A program made the position numbers and the translations under genes. A stretch of 61,609 nucleotides of DNA, counting the filler, from Choristocarpus tenellus KU-1152 (lineage: Eukaryota; Protista; Phaeophyceae), in the NCBI GenBank assembly GCA_964200185.2. It is 6 parts of 6 records of this genome, joined end to end, with 100 filler letters (N's around TTAATTAATTAA, not from the genome) between each part and the next. Parts side by side here need not be neighbours in the genome. Positions count along the whole stretch, not along the records: positions 48,126 to 54,823 come from CAXNAD020007541.1; positions 54,924 to 61,609 come from CAXNAD020007563.1; 4 more parts are not named here. One strand, 5' to 3'. A model generated the notes under the pieces. The model saw only the letters and a program-made list of their open reading frames with translations, was not told the origin of the DNA and searched no databases. Shown piece by piece: positions 48,220 to 61,010 of this stretch; the first letter of the stretch is position 1; each line of letters starts with the position of its first letter.

Positions 48220-49700
48220 TTGAAGAACAGGGCAAGGCAGATTATCACCATTGCTAGTGTGCTGACTGATATCCGACAGCCGAACTTCGGCGACCGATTC
48301 GACTGGGTACTAGATGGCGTATTGTGGCCGTCAGGACTCCAACAGTTAACATTTGGTGATGTCTTCAATCAGGCAGTTGATGGAGTGAAGTGGCCTTGTG
48401 GGCTTCAACTGCTTGCTTTTGGAAGGGATTTCAACCAGGCAGTAAATGGAATAGCGTGGCCCGCTAACCTTAAGAAGCTGGCCTTTGGACATAACTTCAA
48501 TCAGCCAGGGGATGATGTACAGTGGTCTTGTGGGCTTCAACAGCTCACTTTTGGCTATGAGTTCAACCAGCCAATAAATGGAGTAATGTGGCCCGCTGAG
48601 CTCAAGCAGCTGACCTTTGGTCTTGATTTCAATCGGGCAGTGAATGAGGTAGAGTGGCCGATGGGGCTGCAGGTGCTAAATTTCGGCTTCAGCTTCAATC
48701 AAGCAGTTGACGCAGTGAAGTGGCCTTCTGGGCTTCGACAGCTTGCTTTTGGAGATAGGTTCAACCAGTCAATAAATGAAATGGCATGGCCAGCTGCGCT
48801 CAAGCAGCTGACCTTTGGATATGGCTAATATGAAGGGGATGAGTTTGGGCGGGCAGACTAATGTGCAGAATACTTAGGTGGCCTTTGGATATGGCTTACA
48901 TCAAGAAATGGATGAGGTTGGGTGGGCAGACATTTGTCCAGAATACCATATGTATACATATGAATTACCTTAGTATGTAACTGAAAGCATTGGGGTTCAT
49001 GTTTCATATCGTAGCAGGATATTTAAGAGGATGAATTCTGGGTTTTGATGTCTACATGTTGAGACATCATATTTCTATATGTTGAGTATTCTAGAAGGGT
49101 CGTAAGTGTTCAGTTTCAGTTATTCCTTCCGTAAGCAACAGGTGCTAAACCAAGTCCCACCATATATAATAATATTGCTCCTATCTTTCAACCGCCTCAT
49201 CATGTTCAGCAAGGGGGAATCGTATGAGGCTCCCATCTCTTTCTTTTTCTTCTTCCATACTGACACAAACAGTAGTCTAAATCTGCACAAAGGTCTCCAA
49301 GAGCTAGCTGTTGGAGCATCCTTTGACAATTATATTGAAGGGGTGACTTGGCCGGGCGGATTCCATCGGTTGAGATTTCCAAATCAGATTAATGGAGAGA
49401 TTTCAGGGATGAGCTGATTGGCAGGACTCCAGCTTATGAGTCTTGGAGAGTTCCTTAATTGGGATATTTGATTTGAAGGTGGCTGGCAGGACTCTTGTTT
49501 ACATTTGGATATCACTTAATCAAAACATTTCACGGATGGAGTGACCAACAGGACTTAAGGGAGTAGGATTGAGGAAAATATTTTGATCAAAATATCCCAG
49601 GGTTGAGGTGGCTGACAAGCCTTTATGGCCTGACATTCCGAATTGAATCTACCCTGGGAGTGGATGAGGTGTTGTTGCGGTCTGATGTAAGGGTGAGTGT
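48220..49700 (+). pseudogene. FNIP-repeat (22-aa LRR-like) gene, open to 48828 then degenerate
   Basis: About 8 tandem 22-aa units WPxGLxxLxFGxxFNQxVxGVx in ORF 48220-48828. Further decayed units with stops at 48830-48930 and 49290-49650 (GLQELAVGASFDNYIEGVTWPGG). Confidence 0.8.
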
Positions 49701-50523
49701 TGGACTATTTCATCACATGATCTTGCAGGATATCACAGTTGACTAGGGCAGGGATTTTACTTGTGGTGTACTGAAGAATGACTACGTTGAGAAGCACATA
49801 GAGGCTGATTCAGTTTGATCGAAAATCATTACTCCCTAGACAAGTATGTGACGTTTTTCGTATCTATTGCTTGGCATACCCCTTAAATGACTTTCCATCA
49901 TACCTCCTGTGATGTTCTTTCTTCACTAAAAGGTGGCTCTACAATTCAGCATCACGGTCAGTACATTTACACTCTCTTTCTTGTGTTACTTGTGTGGTTT
50001 CCAAGTGCTGCTCATTGTGGACTACGAAGATTTTTACCACCTTTGGGGTGGGGGTGATTATTGTTCATGTATGCCTTTGGCAATGATCGAAGGAGTGTAA
50101 CTGTTGCATACATGCAGTGTGCATCTCATGTTACTTTACTCACCTGTCTGTTGACTTGTGGGACCGCTGTAGAACAATATGTTTCACTGGGAGTGGTACG
50201 AAGACCATACATGTTACAGGTGCATCATCACCCTCCATGTCAAGAATCGAATTGGTTACTTGCCTTCCTAACAACTGTACTTCCAAGTACCTGTCACTGT
50301 ACCATCACCTTGGATAGATGGTACAAAACTTCAAAATGTTCTGACCTTCTTGAGGATATGTAGTAGTCCAACTTTACCCGCATGATAGAGCAACCAACAA
50401 ACAGAACAGATCAGCCTCAATCGATGTTCTACCAATTCAAATTTGGTGTATGTTACCCAAAACACAGTGTGCATACTTTGTTCATCTTCCTCTTACCCAT
50501 TGATCGATTGATGGTTGTGGTGT

Positions 50524-50774
50524 GAGCCAAAGTATCTTAGAGGGTATGGCCGCGTCCATTTGGAGGTCAAAATCCAATGTAGCGATTTTGATGTAATTTT
50601 CGTTATCGTGTTTGTTAGGACGTGTCAATATCCTTGTTCCGGACACACCTTTTCATAACGTACACATTTTACCTACTCCTAAACATTTTGAGTGAGGAAA
50701 ATGTCATAAAAAAAAACGTAGGAAGCCAAGCCCCAAATGGACAAACAGGGCAAAACTCGTACCCTCTAAGATAT
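50524..50774 (+). mobile_element. MITE copy 3, right TIR truncated
   Basis: GAGCCAAAGTATCTTAGAGGGTA...TACCCTCTAAGATA, colinear with 28948-29206. Confidence 0.88.
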
Positions 50775-51127
50775 TGAGTGTAAGGTGCCCCTTCCTTTTA
50801 CACCATACCTTGGTCGTGACCTCTATCTTGAGTGTTCATTGTTCTTATTTTTTATTTCGCCCACGTTTTTGTTGCTCTCATTATCAACCGATTTCTATTT
50901 TTTCCCCTTTCTGTTTCCTCTTTGTATTTTTATTTATTTTATATCTTAATTCAATTTTATTCTTTCTCGTTCTCGTTGACCCTTATTTTAAGGTACAGTA
51001 ATCCCTAGCAATTTGAATACTCACAATGCACATGTTTATACAAGTATTCGAGCTTTGATGTGATGACTTAATGAGAAAGTGCATTTCTTTGTAGTAGAGC
51101 CTGTGTGAGCAAGGCTCGCAAGGAATA

Positions 51128-54050
51128 CCTGCTCCAAATTCAGCAATACGTTTTGTTTCCTCCTGGAGCTGGTGGTGACGGAAGTAATGGTTTGGCCCTT
51201 TCCTTGTTTCCACTCTTTTAGTGTAGGCTTGATTACCTTGTTTGCAACATTCTAGCTGATGACTGGTGCTATTGTCTGATTCCGTTGCCTCACTCTTTCT
51301 GATGCCCTATAGCAGGTAGGGTGTACCACATTGGGTTCATGTAAAGTGCTACACTTCTACCATCTTCAACCATAGAGGAAAAAAGTCCAGCAGTCTTGGA
51401 GAATGTGATGTCATGAAAGGAGCAACGTATATAATGTCTTCTAACGCAGTCGAAATTTATACACTGATGTTAGAAGAAGAAGATGTGGTACCCACTTTGA
51501 CCACTATTTCGCTACAACTTGGCACTACCATAAATCGTTGATATTGTTGTCATGATATTTTTATACTCGCTGGTATGGGTTTGTGAATCGTAGTGGTTGA
51601 ATCAAGACGATTTGATTGAAGATGACGAATATGAACTGAACCGGAAAATTGTGGAGTGATTTTCGATCGATATTCTTCACCCAAACGCGCATTGGGTGCT
51701 ATTATCGCAGACCTCGGTGGCTTGCACTCCTCATTCAATTCGTGTCCTGCATATACACTTGGATTATAATCGACTACATGAAGAAAGTTTGAGTTAATCT
51801 AACAATACTAGTTGCGTACTATTACGAACATAATACAACAATCAAAACATCACTTTCCAAGAAACTGAGCAAACATAATACATCATGCAAAGGTAATGGT
51901 GACCAACGTATTCAAGTGATACTCCTCAAAATATCTTTTGCACAACATATGGTTATTGTTCTCAACCCTCTACACTTACCACAAGCAACATCAGGAAACA
52001 CCTATGTAGGAAATATATCACACCCTTCTGGTTACACTCACGAATATTTAAAATAAATAGAAAGAAGTTCGTTCTTCATAAGAAATTCTGATCTTTCAAA
52101 CATTCGTATATAATATAGAGGTAGTGGACAGCCTGTTGATACCCTAGACCTTACGTATCTTGGTTGATTCGGATGTTGAAGCTCTCTTATTCATACAGCG
52201 TAGAAGTATTATCATTTTCCTAATCATCTGTGTCATTAGCCGCTGCACAGATAAGATAACTCCATAAAGTGTACACTCAAGTTCAGGTCCATGCCTCTGG
52301 CATACGAAATTGGGTCAGACAAAAACGTCCACTGGGCTATGACCTACGCCTCTTCATCTTTAACCATCCTGGGGATATCGACATTTCTCCTGCTTAAGGG
52401 CTTTAAATTTGGACCATATGATGGATGTTAAATAGCTTCGTGCAGGAAAGGCCCACAAAAAATCAATCCAACACTTTTGGACATGTATTCAAACATGCTA
52501 AATATACTTTAGTGCATCCCAATGTGTGGCTTTGGGATTGCTACTGTACTTGGCAACCTCACAATTGCATTTGCAATGTCTGGCCTGGTCATGACAGCTG
52601 CCAACATCAAACTACCAACTGCCTCTCTGTATGGGATATTCTCATCAACACTTGGATTATCCTCATTCTTGTCTAAGGTCCTTGAGAGATTATAGGGTAC
52701 CACCCTCTTCTTTGCCCCACCCATACCAAATCTTTGACAAATCCTCCTAATGTCTAATGTTCTTAGTCTGACCAATGCTAACTGTCTTTGCAATTCTGTA
52801 ACGCGATATCTCACAACCCATGTAGTATTTAAGGAGACATAAATCTTCTGTTGAAAACTGCTCCTTGATCCTGGAGCGAACCCAAATCAAAACATCAGGT
52901 ATTCCTGCCACCATAAGATCGTCAACATGAGGGACTATTACAGCACAAACATCACCATTTCAAACATAGCATAACACACAGGGATCCGCTCTGCATTGCT
53001 CAACACCACATTGTTCCATAATGTGCACCAACAAATTATTATACTCCCTGCTAGCTTGTTTAGTGCCATAAAGAGCTTTCACGACACATACCATCTTTCT
53101 TGACCATGAACCACATCCATCACATAAACGAACAAATATTTCTTCGCTAATTTCTGCTTCTATCAAAGCCTGCTTAACATCACAATCCTTCAATTTCCCA
53201 ATCTTTGTGTGCAGCTAGCGCTAAAACCATCCTCAAAGATGCAGGTGATAGTATTGGAGCAAAGATATCTTTGTAACCTAGCCCCTCAATCTGTGAAAAA
53301 TCATTTGCTGCCAAACGTGCCCTGTATCTGACTATCTCACTGAAAATCAATTTTACCCCACGTCCGGGGGGTAATACATCCCCCACCCCAACATTATTCA
53401 ACAACAAATCAGACATCCCTTCTGCTCGAGCTCAATCCCACAAATCACATTCTGGAGAGCTACGTGCTGCTTTTACAGTCTCGGGTTCTGGAGGAAGCTC
53501 TCATCTGCTAACACTCTAATTGAATCATCACTCACACACATCACAAGGGTAGTCTCGATGGAAACACACAAACACATCCAAAAAGGAATTGAATGTATCA
53601 TAAAAACAGCAGCAGCTTTACCAGAAATATCTTGACGGTTACCATATCTGGTGTGATGAGGAAAAGTGTTGCTGTGGCCATTGCCAGTGCTGAGATGTTG
53701 AAGTTCTCTGTCGCTTGGACTGTTGTCTTTATTTGTTTCACATGTTCCCCTTCGCCATCTTCAAGCCCATGCTCTCAAACCTGGCAGCTAGCTCCTTTGG
53801 TTTTGCTCAACAGAGTTGCCTTGAAGTGTGTAACTGCTGTCTCATTGCTATTACCATTCAACATCTCTACACATAGTGGCAAACCCTAACCTTATTTATG
53901 ACCACGGGTCTATCTCAAGCTCAAACCTGAGGGCAATATTGAATTGTAGATGAGAGTATGTGCTACATTCAGTAGTAACACCTTCAGCATGCATTCAACC
54001 ACTCACATGAAGGATTTCATCAGTCGCCTTCTCTATGACCTCAAACAGGC
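51128..54050 (-). CDS. Possible multi-exon gene of unknown function
   Basis: Several open segments bounded by AG and GT/GC: ~54050-54008 (LFEVIEKATDEILH), ~53866-53782, ~53718-53643, ~51747-51571 and ~51306-51128. Phases could not be fully joined and no motif was recognised. Confidence 0.3.
52500..53500 (-). mobile_element. Ty1/copia reverse transcriptase fragment
   Basis: RYRARLAANDFSQIEGLGYKDIFAP, DVKQAL, KALYGTKQASR, DPCV and PYREAVGSLMLAAVMTRPDIA are copia RT motifs. Frameshifted. Confidence 0.9.
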
Positions 54051-54823
54051 TGTAGATCACCCGAATGGTTAGCCACTCCTCCCCCCACCAAACCCAGTCC
54101 AAACGGAAATAATGATAAAATGCAGCAGGGACAGGTATCAGGTATCAGGTCACAGAAGAGCTCATGATAATTAGGCATTTAGAGCAAGGGATAGGAATGG
54201 ATGGCGATATCATTCTTACTTGAGTAACACGCAGACACTCAAGTAATAGATTGGGGTGATCCTTCCATAGTGCACAAGAAATCGTTGAGGAAAGCACATC
54301 TCCATCACTACTGTAACAATACTGGTAACAACATTATAATTGCAAGCACCACTAGAGCGGAGATAGTTAGAGGAGCATTTAGTAAGGAAAGTGAGAGCTA
54401 TGAAGTAGCCCCTACCCTAACCTTTGCCAGCAGCTTAATAGTAAATCCTTTAGGAAGAGAGGTGGCTTGGAACCCAAAAACATATTGAATGCACAATCTA
54501 AGGACTAAAACCGATGACAATGATTCCTCTAACCAACTGGATCAAGTGATGTCTGTTAGGAACAAGTAGTACACTCTAGCAAACCATCAAAATGTACCAG
54601 CAACAGTATAGCACCCTGGACAAGCCACTTCAACACTTTGCTTGAGTTAACCTGCTAGAGAACTGCTCATCAGATATTTTCCAAGAGCACTCTGAGTTTC
54701 ATGCAGCATGTTGGTGAGGAGGGATAAAGGGTGGGGGGAGGATTAGGGTAAAGGATAATTGGGTCAATAAGGATGACAAAGGGCAAAGCGTGCTCTCACA
54801 GTGGGGGAGCATAGACAGACTGG

Positions 54824-54923
54824 NNNNNNNNNNNNNNNNNNNNNNNNNNNNNNNNNNNNNNNNNNNNTTAATTAATTAANNNNNNNNNNNNNNNNNNNNN
54901 NNNNNNNNNNNNNNNNNNNNNNN
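54824..54923. other. Artificial contig linker
   Basis: N44-TTAATTAATTAA-N44. Confidence 0.97.
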
Positions 54924-55441
54924 AGAGTTTCCCCCCCCTTTTTGTGTTATTCTTTTTTTTAAGGGGGGGGGGGGGGGGGTTGCGAACCTCATCTCACGGC
55001 GTATATGGTCAGGACCACAATAAAAAAATTATATATATATATATATATATACGTTGGAACGTAATGGTACAGGGCAGATGCACCACGAACACTGACAAAA
55101 AAGGGTATAGGCTGACTCACAATAGAGTATCCATCTTCGGCACCTCGATACGATTACGCACCAAACCACGGGATGGCAACCTAACCCTAACCCTAAAGTT
55201 AAGTCGAGTTTCGATTCATAACAACACCGTCCTTGGTATCAAGCATCGCAACGTCATACCCCTCTGCTGAACTCCGATTTCTACAGTAAAAAAAAGAAGA
55301 CAATTTTCAATTGTTCAGACCATTTGCGCGGGCCGGTCTCGAACCAGCTCTACATTCAACCCCCCGGGTATTTTTGAAAAAGAGGAATCCAATCCGGGTC
55401 TGTGAGTGGGGTTGCAACTCCCACTCAGACTCGACTCTCAC

Positions 55442-56236
55442 CTGCAGGTCCAGCTGTTCCCCAACCTCGCTCAGCCAGTCCACCATGTACCTCCGGTGCT
55501 TGGAAGGCGGGAAGAACGAAAAGTCCAACACGAGACAAATAAGTTATCATCATCATCATCATCATCATTATTATTACACAGAGGTTGATGGGAAAAAAAA
55601 TGAATCTATATGATATATTATATATATTTATATAATCTCGGAAATCAACAAAAAAAAATATTTCAACATATAAATTATGCTCCATGTAGTATGTATGCAT
55701 TTGTGTGTGTTCTTGCCGTGTGATATGCACGGTGCCGTTGATAAACGCCTTCGAGCGCGCATGTATCTACAGTTACAAAGTAAATAAAAAATAAACATAC
55801 ACACATACGTGCTCTTGATTGCAAAACAGAGTACAGGGTGGTGCCCATCTTACAGGACTATATATATATATACATACAAGACAGAGAACACTGCACATTC
55901 TACTCTCGCCCTGTTACCCTCTCCCGCACACGCTCTCTCACCCCCCCACAGGAGAAGAACAAAAAACAAAAAACAAAAAAGAGACGCACACCCCTCCGCA
56001 TCAACATCACAATAAAATGAAATAAAATAAAACAAAACATAGAATAAACAAGAATAAAATCATTGTACTCTTCTGTCATTCGACGGCTGAACCGGACCTG
56101 TCTCAAGGCCTAAGGCGCCCTTTCACCCACAGACGCAACGAGGCACTGGACAAGGCAGGGCCTCAACAACAACAACTACTACTAATCCGTTTACAAGGGT
56201 CTCTACCTATCGCTACCAAAACACCGGAGGAGAGAT

Positions 56237-56276
<40 letters not shown>

Positions 56277-58582
56277 CCTTTTTTCTATTTATATTTTTTT
56301 TTTTTTTGTGTAACAGATAGCAGAAACCCACCCCCTGCCCCCTCTANNNNNNNNNNCCCCCCCCCCCCCCCCCCAGTTGCCCCGGTTGCATTTTTAAATA
56401 TAATATTTTTTTGTTTTGTTTCTCGTTTCTCTTATCTCTATCTCTTTTCCTCCTGAAAACACATAATCAGAAAACGTCAGCGGATATACAATACTGTGCG
56501 ACGTAAGGAGGTACACCTCAAACACGTTGAGGTGTCTCTCACCGACGCGTAGTCCACCGGGGGCTTGGGGCGATGCTTGGTGAATTTTTTGTCTTCCTTC
56601 TCCTTCCAATACTCTATGATGTACGCTGCTGGAAACCCCAGCTCAATATCCGTCCCGTTCTGAGACATGATGAGATGACAACAGTAATAATAGTGACATT
56701 AACAATAATAGTATTAGTAATAATGACATAGTAGTAGTAGTAGCAGTAACAATAATAATGATGACAACATTAGTAATAGCAACATCAACAATAATAACAG
56801 AAGCGTTAACAATTATGACAATAGTAGTAACAATACACGTTCCGCTATGAGACATGATAAGGCAACAGCAATAACGACATCAACAATGATGGCAATGACA
56901 ACAATAGAAACATCAATAATAATGATGATAATAGTAACATCAACAATAATCGGATGATTCAAATTCACTCTTGAAAAAAAAAAGAACACAGTAGTGAAGA
57001 AAATGTTCTCAATAACAAAGAAATAGGCGTGTATATCAAGCATACACTTGAGAATATAAAATTAGAGATGAAACTACGTGTTTCAAAATAATACCCAGAC
57101 ATGCACATGAATATCTTATATCAATTTGGTGGGTAATCATGATCATGTGCATGAGTGCATGTGTGCATGCGTGTGTGCACACGTTTCCCCCTCCCTATCC
57201 ATACAACTCCTCCACTCGATCACTGGTTGCTTCCCTGCCTGTGGGAGAAGGAATATGTGACCAAGTTGTCCAGAATTTCTCCAGTAGCATGAATTAATTG
57301 CTTGAACAGCACACTCTGGAATAGTGGCTATGCTCCGCCTGACCTCCCCCTGCCCCCATTAGCCCTAACGCCTTGCCTTCCACTGGAACTCCTTACTGTT
57401 ACCCACTGTACAGGGATGAACATATACACAATAAAAAGATAAAGACATACTACTACATACATCATCAAACATTACTTAGCCGCAGTCGAAGTTCAATCCA
57501 CATATATTTTAATGGGGTTAGGGTTGGGGTACGGAAAGTCTTATTCGGTGAACAGTCGCCTACCCACCCTAACCCTACAAAAATTTACAAAGCATTATGC
57601 AAAACACACACAAAATCTTTGAAAGCCTTGCCCCGACGGGAGGCCAACGGTGGGGATGCAATAAGCCTCTTGGGTTTTTCGGTGCATGTTGAAAGGGATG
57701 TGTCAAACTCAAACACTTATACCACGAATTCCATTAGCTTTTCGAGTAAATTATAGCGGAACAGCATGCCTCGAAGCGAAAAAAGGAGTCACTGAAAATC
57801 ACACCATATGCTGGAGAGTCGCATTTGTAACCTGATTTCCCACACCCAGACCTGTGTAGTCTCTCCCCGGGTCCATGAAAATTGTAGGTTAACTGGATAC
57901 TATTCCACCGCCATATGGAATCGATCAAGCTTAATAAGGATGAATCCCATCGCAGCCACCTTCTGTGTCAATTTTGATAGGTCAACTCTTTCATTGGCGT
58001 TATACAAAACTCCGACACACGGGAGGGCACACATTTCCCCTCTTAGACCCCATCTCATGGTATCGCAAGGTCCCTGATAGCACTAGTAGGGTGGTTATTC
58101 ACAAAATACTCACATTTCCATTCCAAAGGGGAGCCATTGGGAACATCCCTACTGTAGTTTTAGGGGCCACCCTCTCCACGGCAGCATCGTTTCCTCCGGT
58201 CGTGCTTTCGCTGCTCGTACTTTCCCTACGGTGACAACGATTGAAGCATATCCGCATTGCCACAATTTAGTCGGTAAACTCAAGGTCAGGATTTCCAAAT
58301 CGCAACATAAAGTCTCGCGACGATCCTCCAATTCCTTGTGTAACGACTCTAGTCCCTGTCTCACCTAGATGCAACCCTCGCCGCCTGAGTATTGCGGGGC
58401 TTGGATTGACCCGGATGGTCTGTGACTGGGACATCAACGTCAAAGCTACGGGGAACGAAGTCGTGCCGTGGTCGGGCCGGGTTAGCTTTCCTCTCTACCT
58501 TCGACTTCGAAAAGGGATTGAATGAAGCCATGGCAGCCATAAGTCCTGCGGGTGGTTGCTTACCTCCCGCCATAGGAGACAT
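55442..58582 (-). CDS. Cyclin-family protein, 5' part, truncated by the contig end
   Basis: Exon 55498-55442 HRRYMVDWLSEVGEQLDLQ is helix 1 of the cyclin box. Upstream in-phase exons are 58582-58365, 58225-58114 and 56659-56543 (AAYIIEYWKEKEDKKF...VDY). Additional small exons are possible. Confidence 0.7.
56670..56950. repeat. Degenerate trinucleotide (AAT/AAC/AGT/GAT) low-complexity tract
   Basis: Visible imperfect triplet repeats within a cyclin intron. Confidence 0.85.
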
Positions 58583-59252
58583 TATATGAAACAGATATGA
58601 TGAAGGGGGTCTAGGCCCACCCCTACCAGGGAGTAACCCCCCTGTCGGCGTGGGCGTACCCCCCTCTGCGTTTCACACTACCTCAATAAATGACCCCCTC
58701 GACCAGTAAGTTTACAAGGAGAAGCAACAGCGCAGAATCAATGCCGTTAGAAGGAAGATGGAGAGACTGCGGGAAACAGTCTTTGCGAACAGGCACGGGC
58801 TCTAGGCAGAGGTTGCCTGGGCCTGCCGCGAGAGTCCTCCCTTTGATCCCCTTCTTCTACAACGCTGGTGTTGATCAAGTAACAAGACTGTAAAAAAGGT
58901 TTGCATTTTCCAAATAAAAAAACAAATGTTGTTCCGATTTCTCTGATCTCATGGTCAATTACAAATCATATATAACTATGAAATGATTAATTGAATGGAG
59001 ATACCGATTTCGATTTCGCTTGGAGATATGGGAAGACCGATATCACCCACTCAAGTTTTTGTTCCTTTTTGTCTCTTACATCTTTGTGTTGAAGGTCTGA
59101 CATCTTCTTGGACCTTGTACATCAGACCATCGTAGTTTTTTGTGACGGATTTGTGACAAACCTTGGTTACATCGACGATGCAAAATTGTACACATTGAGG
59201 GGCTGAAGTTCTTATTGCGTTTGCTACTCTTATCCGAAGACTTGTTGTAGTG

Positions 59253-61010
59253 ATGGATCAACCTGATTTACGTGCGGGGTCAATGTATGGGCGAAGAAGA
59301 GCAAATTTGAGATCCCGGATCAAGCCAATTTATTTCTTTGAAGCATGGATGCGCACGTGGCTGGTAGCCATGCCCCGCGTTCTTGCCTCGCGCTTCCCCT
59401 CTGTCAACCGCACAATTAGCTTGGTCTTCATGTATATGATGTTTCAGGTCCTCGCTCTTCTTTGGGCGTTCTTACTCAATGCTTTGTCAAGGTAAGAATG
59501 TGTAGTACAACTTATTGCGACAATCCGGTATTCATTGCTCGAATTGCACTCCGACTGCCCAGTTAGCCTTATTTTCAGAGCTTTTATGCGATGGTATGAA
59601 ATGGGCATGGGTCTCGCAACCGATATATTGAAAATTGGCACATAAACGTCGAGAAGTACAACCTACAAAGCAAGGAGTACGACACTTCAAACGGACGTAA
59701 GTTCTAGAAGTGGACATTTTTGGGACATGATTGTTGGTCGTGTCTTTGTCATCCTTCTGTCGTGGCCATTTAACTCTGGCCTGTTGGTGCTTGCAGCTGC
59801 TCTCCGCTGGGCAAAACCTATGCTACTTGTACCGAAGAGGTATATGTTACCAGGTTCACGTTGGAGCATTAAATTGTTTGATAATTCCAGTGGGGAAAAA
59901 ACAAGGAGGTGTAAAAGGAACATCCCAAGGTGCAATCGCTCGGAAAATTTATCGAGTGCATAGGGTAAATAATTTATCACTCCTTGCTAAAGAGCAAAGG
60001 AGACGAACTTGATGTCGTCTCACTCAGCGTACAACGTGTAGAGTTGGTTCCGTATCGAAACACATATGCTCGTTGCCCTGCGTGCCCCCCACCTGCGCAG
60101 TATCTCGCTGGACATAACAGGGTTGGTTGCTAGAAGCACCCTTGACCTACCTTCCGTGGGAGAAGTTGCAATGGTCAGGTTGTTTGCCACTTTCTACGCC
60201 ACCTACTCAACAATCAGGTGCGTTTCTCCCCCACCTAAGATGCAAGAAGCACGTGATTGTTCGATTTTGATGAAGTAATGTTTTGTGGTATCGAAGCCTC
60301 TGTTGAATGATTTGGAATATTGACAGAAAGAATAAGACAACTTGTTTCTGTGCCTTAAAAGGCACGAAAATATGACCTTGGGATTGGAGGGGCATGTATG
60401 GCGAGGGTGATGCTTCAGGATGACCTACTGTAGTAGACATGTCTTCTCGCTTCTGTGCAGATAGAGTTGATGTAAGGGTGGCTGAACTATGCTGTGCTTA
60501 TCCTAATATTCCCCACACTGATTAGTTGGCAAGGAAAATCATGTACCTCCCTTGTGGCGCTGGATGAATACATACCTCCTAAAGGTCACAAGGAGTTGCT
60601 TGCACCTATGACATGGAAGGCCGCAACCTGTGCAAAGAGATGCACACAATCACGCACAGCTATGGTTACGGATTTGTTGATAACCCACTTACGTTTATTT
60701 TAGGTTCCACACATATGCACTTTACCCTTCCCCCCCCCACCTCCTGAGAACATAATGCATACACATGATGATTTAGCACACGTACTCATGATGGTGCAAA
60801 CATGATGCTATTGCAGGGTATTTGCACGTTTTGGGAAGGCGATAGGTGTGATCGCATGGGAGTCCCTGGACGACTTTCCTGATGCCAGGCAGATTGTGAG
60901 CAATGCCACTGCCTCCTGGTCTTACTTTATAAGCGTGGTGTTCCTCCCGCAGTTTATCATCGCCATCCTTCTCCTATCAACTCCATATCTGTGTGCAGGG
61001 GTGGCCACTG
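59253..61010 (+). CDS. Unknown multi-pass membrane protein, 5' exons
   Basis: Exons 59253(or 59283)-59491, 60101-60217 and 60817-~61010 join in phase with GT-AG sites and contain several hydrophobic segments. The gene continues past the window. Confidence 0.6.

Noticed and set aside
48280-48930. Regular 66-bp repeats as a CRISPR-like array
   Set aside because: The repeats are contiguous, in-frame coding units with no unique spacers.
48220-49700. Endogenous giant-virus insertion
   Set aside because: Only FNIP repeats are present; no NCLDV core genes and no gene-dense intronless block.
56238-56374. Long poly-C runs as a G-quadruplex element
   Set aside because: They flank a 10-N gap, so run lengths are unreliable.
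56643-57043. Hydrophobic Ile/Val/Leu-rich ORFs as membrane proteins
   Set aside because: Translations of the trinucleotide low-complexity tract.
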